IMG/VR virus record: IMGVR_UViG_3300009182_000002
Span: 1 to 64,000 of that record
Origin: a virus
Length of the DNA: 64,000 nt
Strand: one strand, 5' to 3'
Part shown: positions 62,869 to 64,000 of the stretch, in pieces
Layout: every line of letters begins with the position of its first letter
Numbering within the stretch: the stretch's first letter is position 1
Translations under genes and position numbers: made by a program
The notes under the pieces: generated by a model
What the model saw: only the letters and a program-made list of their open reading frames with translations
The model's database searches: none
Told to the model about the DNA's origin: nothing

Positions 62869-64000
62869 TTGGCCTCTCCCCACTTGTTCACGACCTTCAC
62901 GTCGGCAAGCAGGGGGACGTCTAGCAGATTGATCCCCTCCATAGCCTCTCGGATGATCTCGGCGGTTTCTTGCGCGATGCTGGTTGGAGTAACCGTCACC
63001 AACTCGTCGTGGACGGTGAGGATCAGGCTGCTGTCGTCTGAGATCATCCTGTGGGCGCGAACCATTGCGACCTTGATGATGTCTGCGGCAGAACCTTGGA
63101 TCTTCGTGTTAAACGCCTGCCTCTCAGCCTGCGCTCGGAAACCGACCTCCTCGCTCCGCAGATTCGGAAGGTACCTGCGACGACCGAACATGGTCGTGAC
63201 ATACGGAACCGGACTTCGACGGCGGGACTCGTTGACAACCTCCGCCTTGTACTTCGCCACTGATCGAAACTTCGCGCTGAAGTCTCCAAGCAACTTCTTG
63301 GCCTCAGCGGCAGAGCAACCAATCTGGCTAGCGATCTTCTCCGGACCAACCCCGTAGGCCATGGACAGGACGAGCACCTTTCCGGCTTTGCGGTCCACAC
63401 CCATGACGTCGCCCACCGTCGTGTAGATGTCGTCGCCGTCAAGGTAGTTGCGGACCATCGTCTTGTCGCCCGACAGGCTGGCAATCACTCGCGGCTCGAT
63501 CTGGCTGTAGTCGGCCACGACGAGTTGGTAGCCCTCTGGTGCTGCGAACAGATTTCGGATGGCGCGACCACGGTCGGTGCTGGGTGACGGAACGTTCTGC
63601 ATGTTGGGTCGCCGAGATGAGAACCTTCCGGTCTCTGCACCGCACTGGTCAAAATCGGTGTGGATCTTGCCGTCGGTGAGCAAGGCCTCCTTGGCAACGA
63701 CCTTCGACTTGCCGTTGACCGTCCTAGTAACGTTCCCGCCTTGGTAAGGAATCACGTAGGTCGAGAGCAACTTGTTGAGATCCGCATACTCCAAGAGACC
63801 ATCGACCACGGCGTGCCTGCCGCGCAGTGCCTCCAGCGCGTCAGCAGCCACAGAAGGCTGGCCTCCCGGCGTCGTCTTACGCGCCTTCAGACCCAGCCCA
63901 CCATCTTTCTTGGAGGAGAACAGCAGGGCCTGCTTCTCACCGTTGGAGTTGATGTTGAAAGCGCGCCCTGCGGCCTTGTAGATCTTGGCCTTGGTGCTCT
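62865..64000 (-). CDS. polA: family A DNA polymerase, C-terminal part (5' end outside window)
   Basis: TGRFSS..PNMQN, ADYSQIEPR, RKAGK..YG, IQGSAADI, VHDE; frame open to 64000. Confidence 0.93.
   Translation of the reverse strand, partial: STKAKIYKAAGRAFNINSNGEKQALLFSSKKDGGLGLKARKTTPGGQPSVAADALEALRGRHAVVDGLLEYADLNKLLSTYVIPYQGGNVTRTVNGKSKVVAKEALLTDGKIHTDFDQCGAETGRFSSRRPNMQNVPSPSTDRGRAIRNLFAAPEGYQLVVADYSQIEPRVIASLSGDKTMVRNYLDGDDIYTTVGDVMGVDRKAGKVLVLSMAYGVGPEKIASQIGCSAAEAKKLLGDFSAKFRSVAKYKAEVVNESRRRSPVPYVTTMFGRRRYLPNLRSEEVGFRAQAERQAFNTKIQGSAADIIKVAMVRAHRMISDDSSLILTVHDELVTVTPTSIAQETAEIIREAMEGINLLDVPLLADVKVVNKWGEAK

Noticed and set aside
43659-64000. Inteins or introns in RNR, RecA or PolA
   Set aside because: Lengths and motif spacing look uninterrupted in the visible parts

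Overview
The whole window is part of a large tailed dsDNA phage genome. The host is most likely an Actinomycetota bacterium (two WhiB genes, DUF3263-like and MSMEG_6728-like genes, many leaderless genes). A gp5/Vgr OB-fold suggests a contractile tail. Layout: (i) 1-32.2 kb, minus strand: tail fibre/LamG, neck, N4-gp56-type major capsid, scaffold, portal, large terminase, holin, two endolysins, Dps, two tRNAs, and a block of small accessory or effector genes (ART-like, ParB-like, a tandem paralogue pair). (ii) 32.2-33.5 kb: a 1.3 kb non-coding divergence region. (iii) 33.5-43.5 kb, plus strand: a putative early region with MoxR AAA, a split peptidase/vWA pair, a pyrimidine-dimer glycosylase, WhiB and an integrase remnant. 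(iv) 43.6-64 kb, minus strand: class II RNR, an NTase-HAD-TGT-like triad, a second late-type cluster, a metallophosphoesterase, SpoVS, RuvC-like, Cas4-like, WhiB, resolvase, RecA and a partial PolA. The most striking unannotated signal is a set of RNA elements at the head of the early transcript: a ~450 nt densely structured candidate ncRNA, a 73 nt tRNA-like cloverleaf, a complete type II hammerhead ribozyme just upstream of the MoxR gene, and two identical 44 nt tRNA-minihelix-like elements. Also seen: an N-terminal MAGNPPEDR tag and a terminal S-x-Q-F motif shared by unrelated proteins (candidate virion-targeting signals), repeated clamp-binding-like QxxLF motifs, a 12-copy GAC-N18/19-(-10) promoter class, and an over-represented YTRGCAA word. 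All family assignments come from motif recognition by eye, not from database searches.
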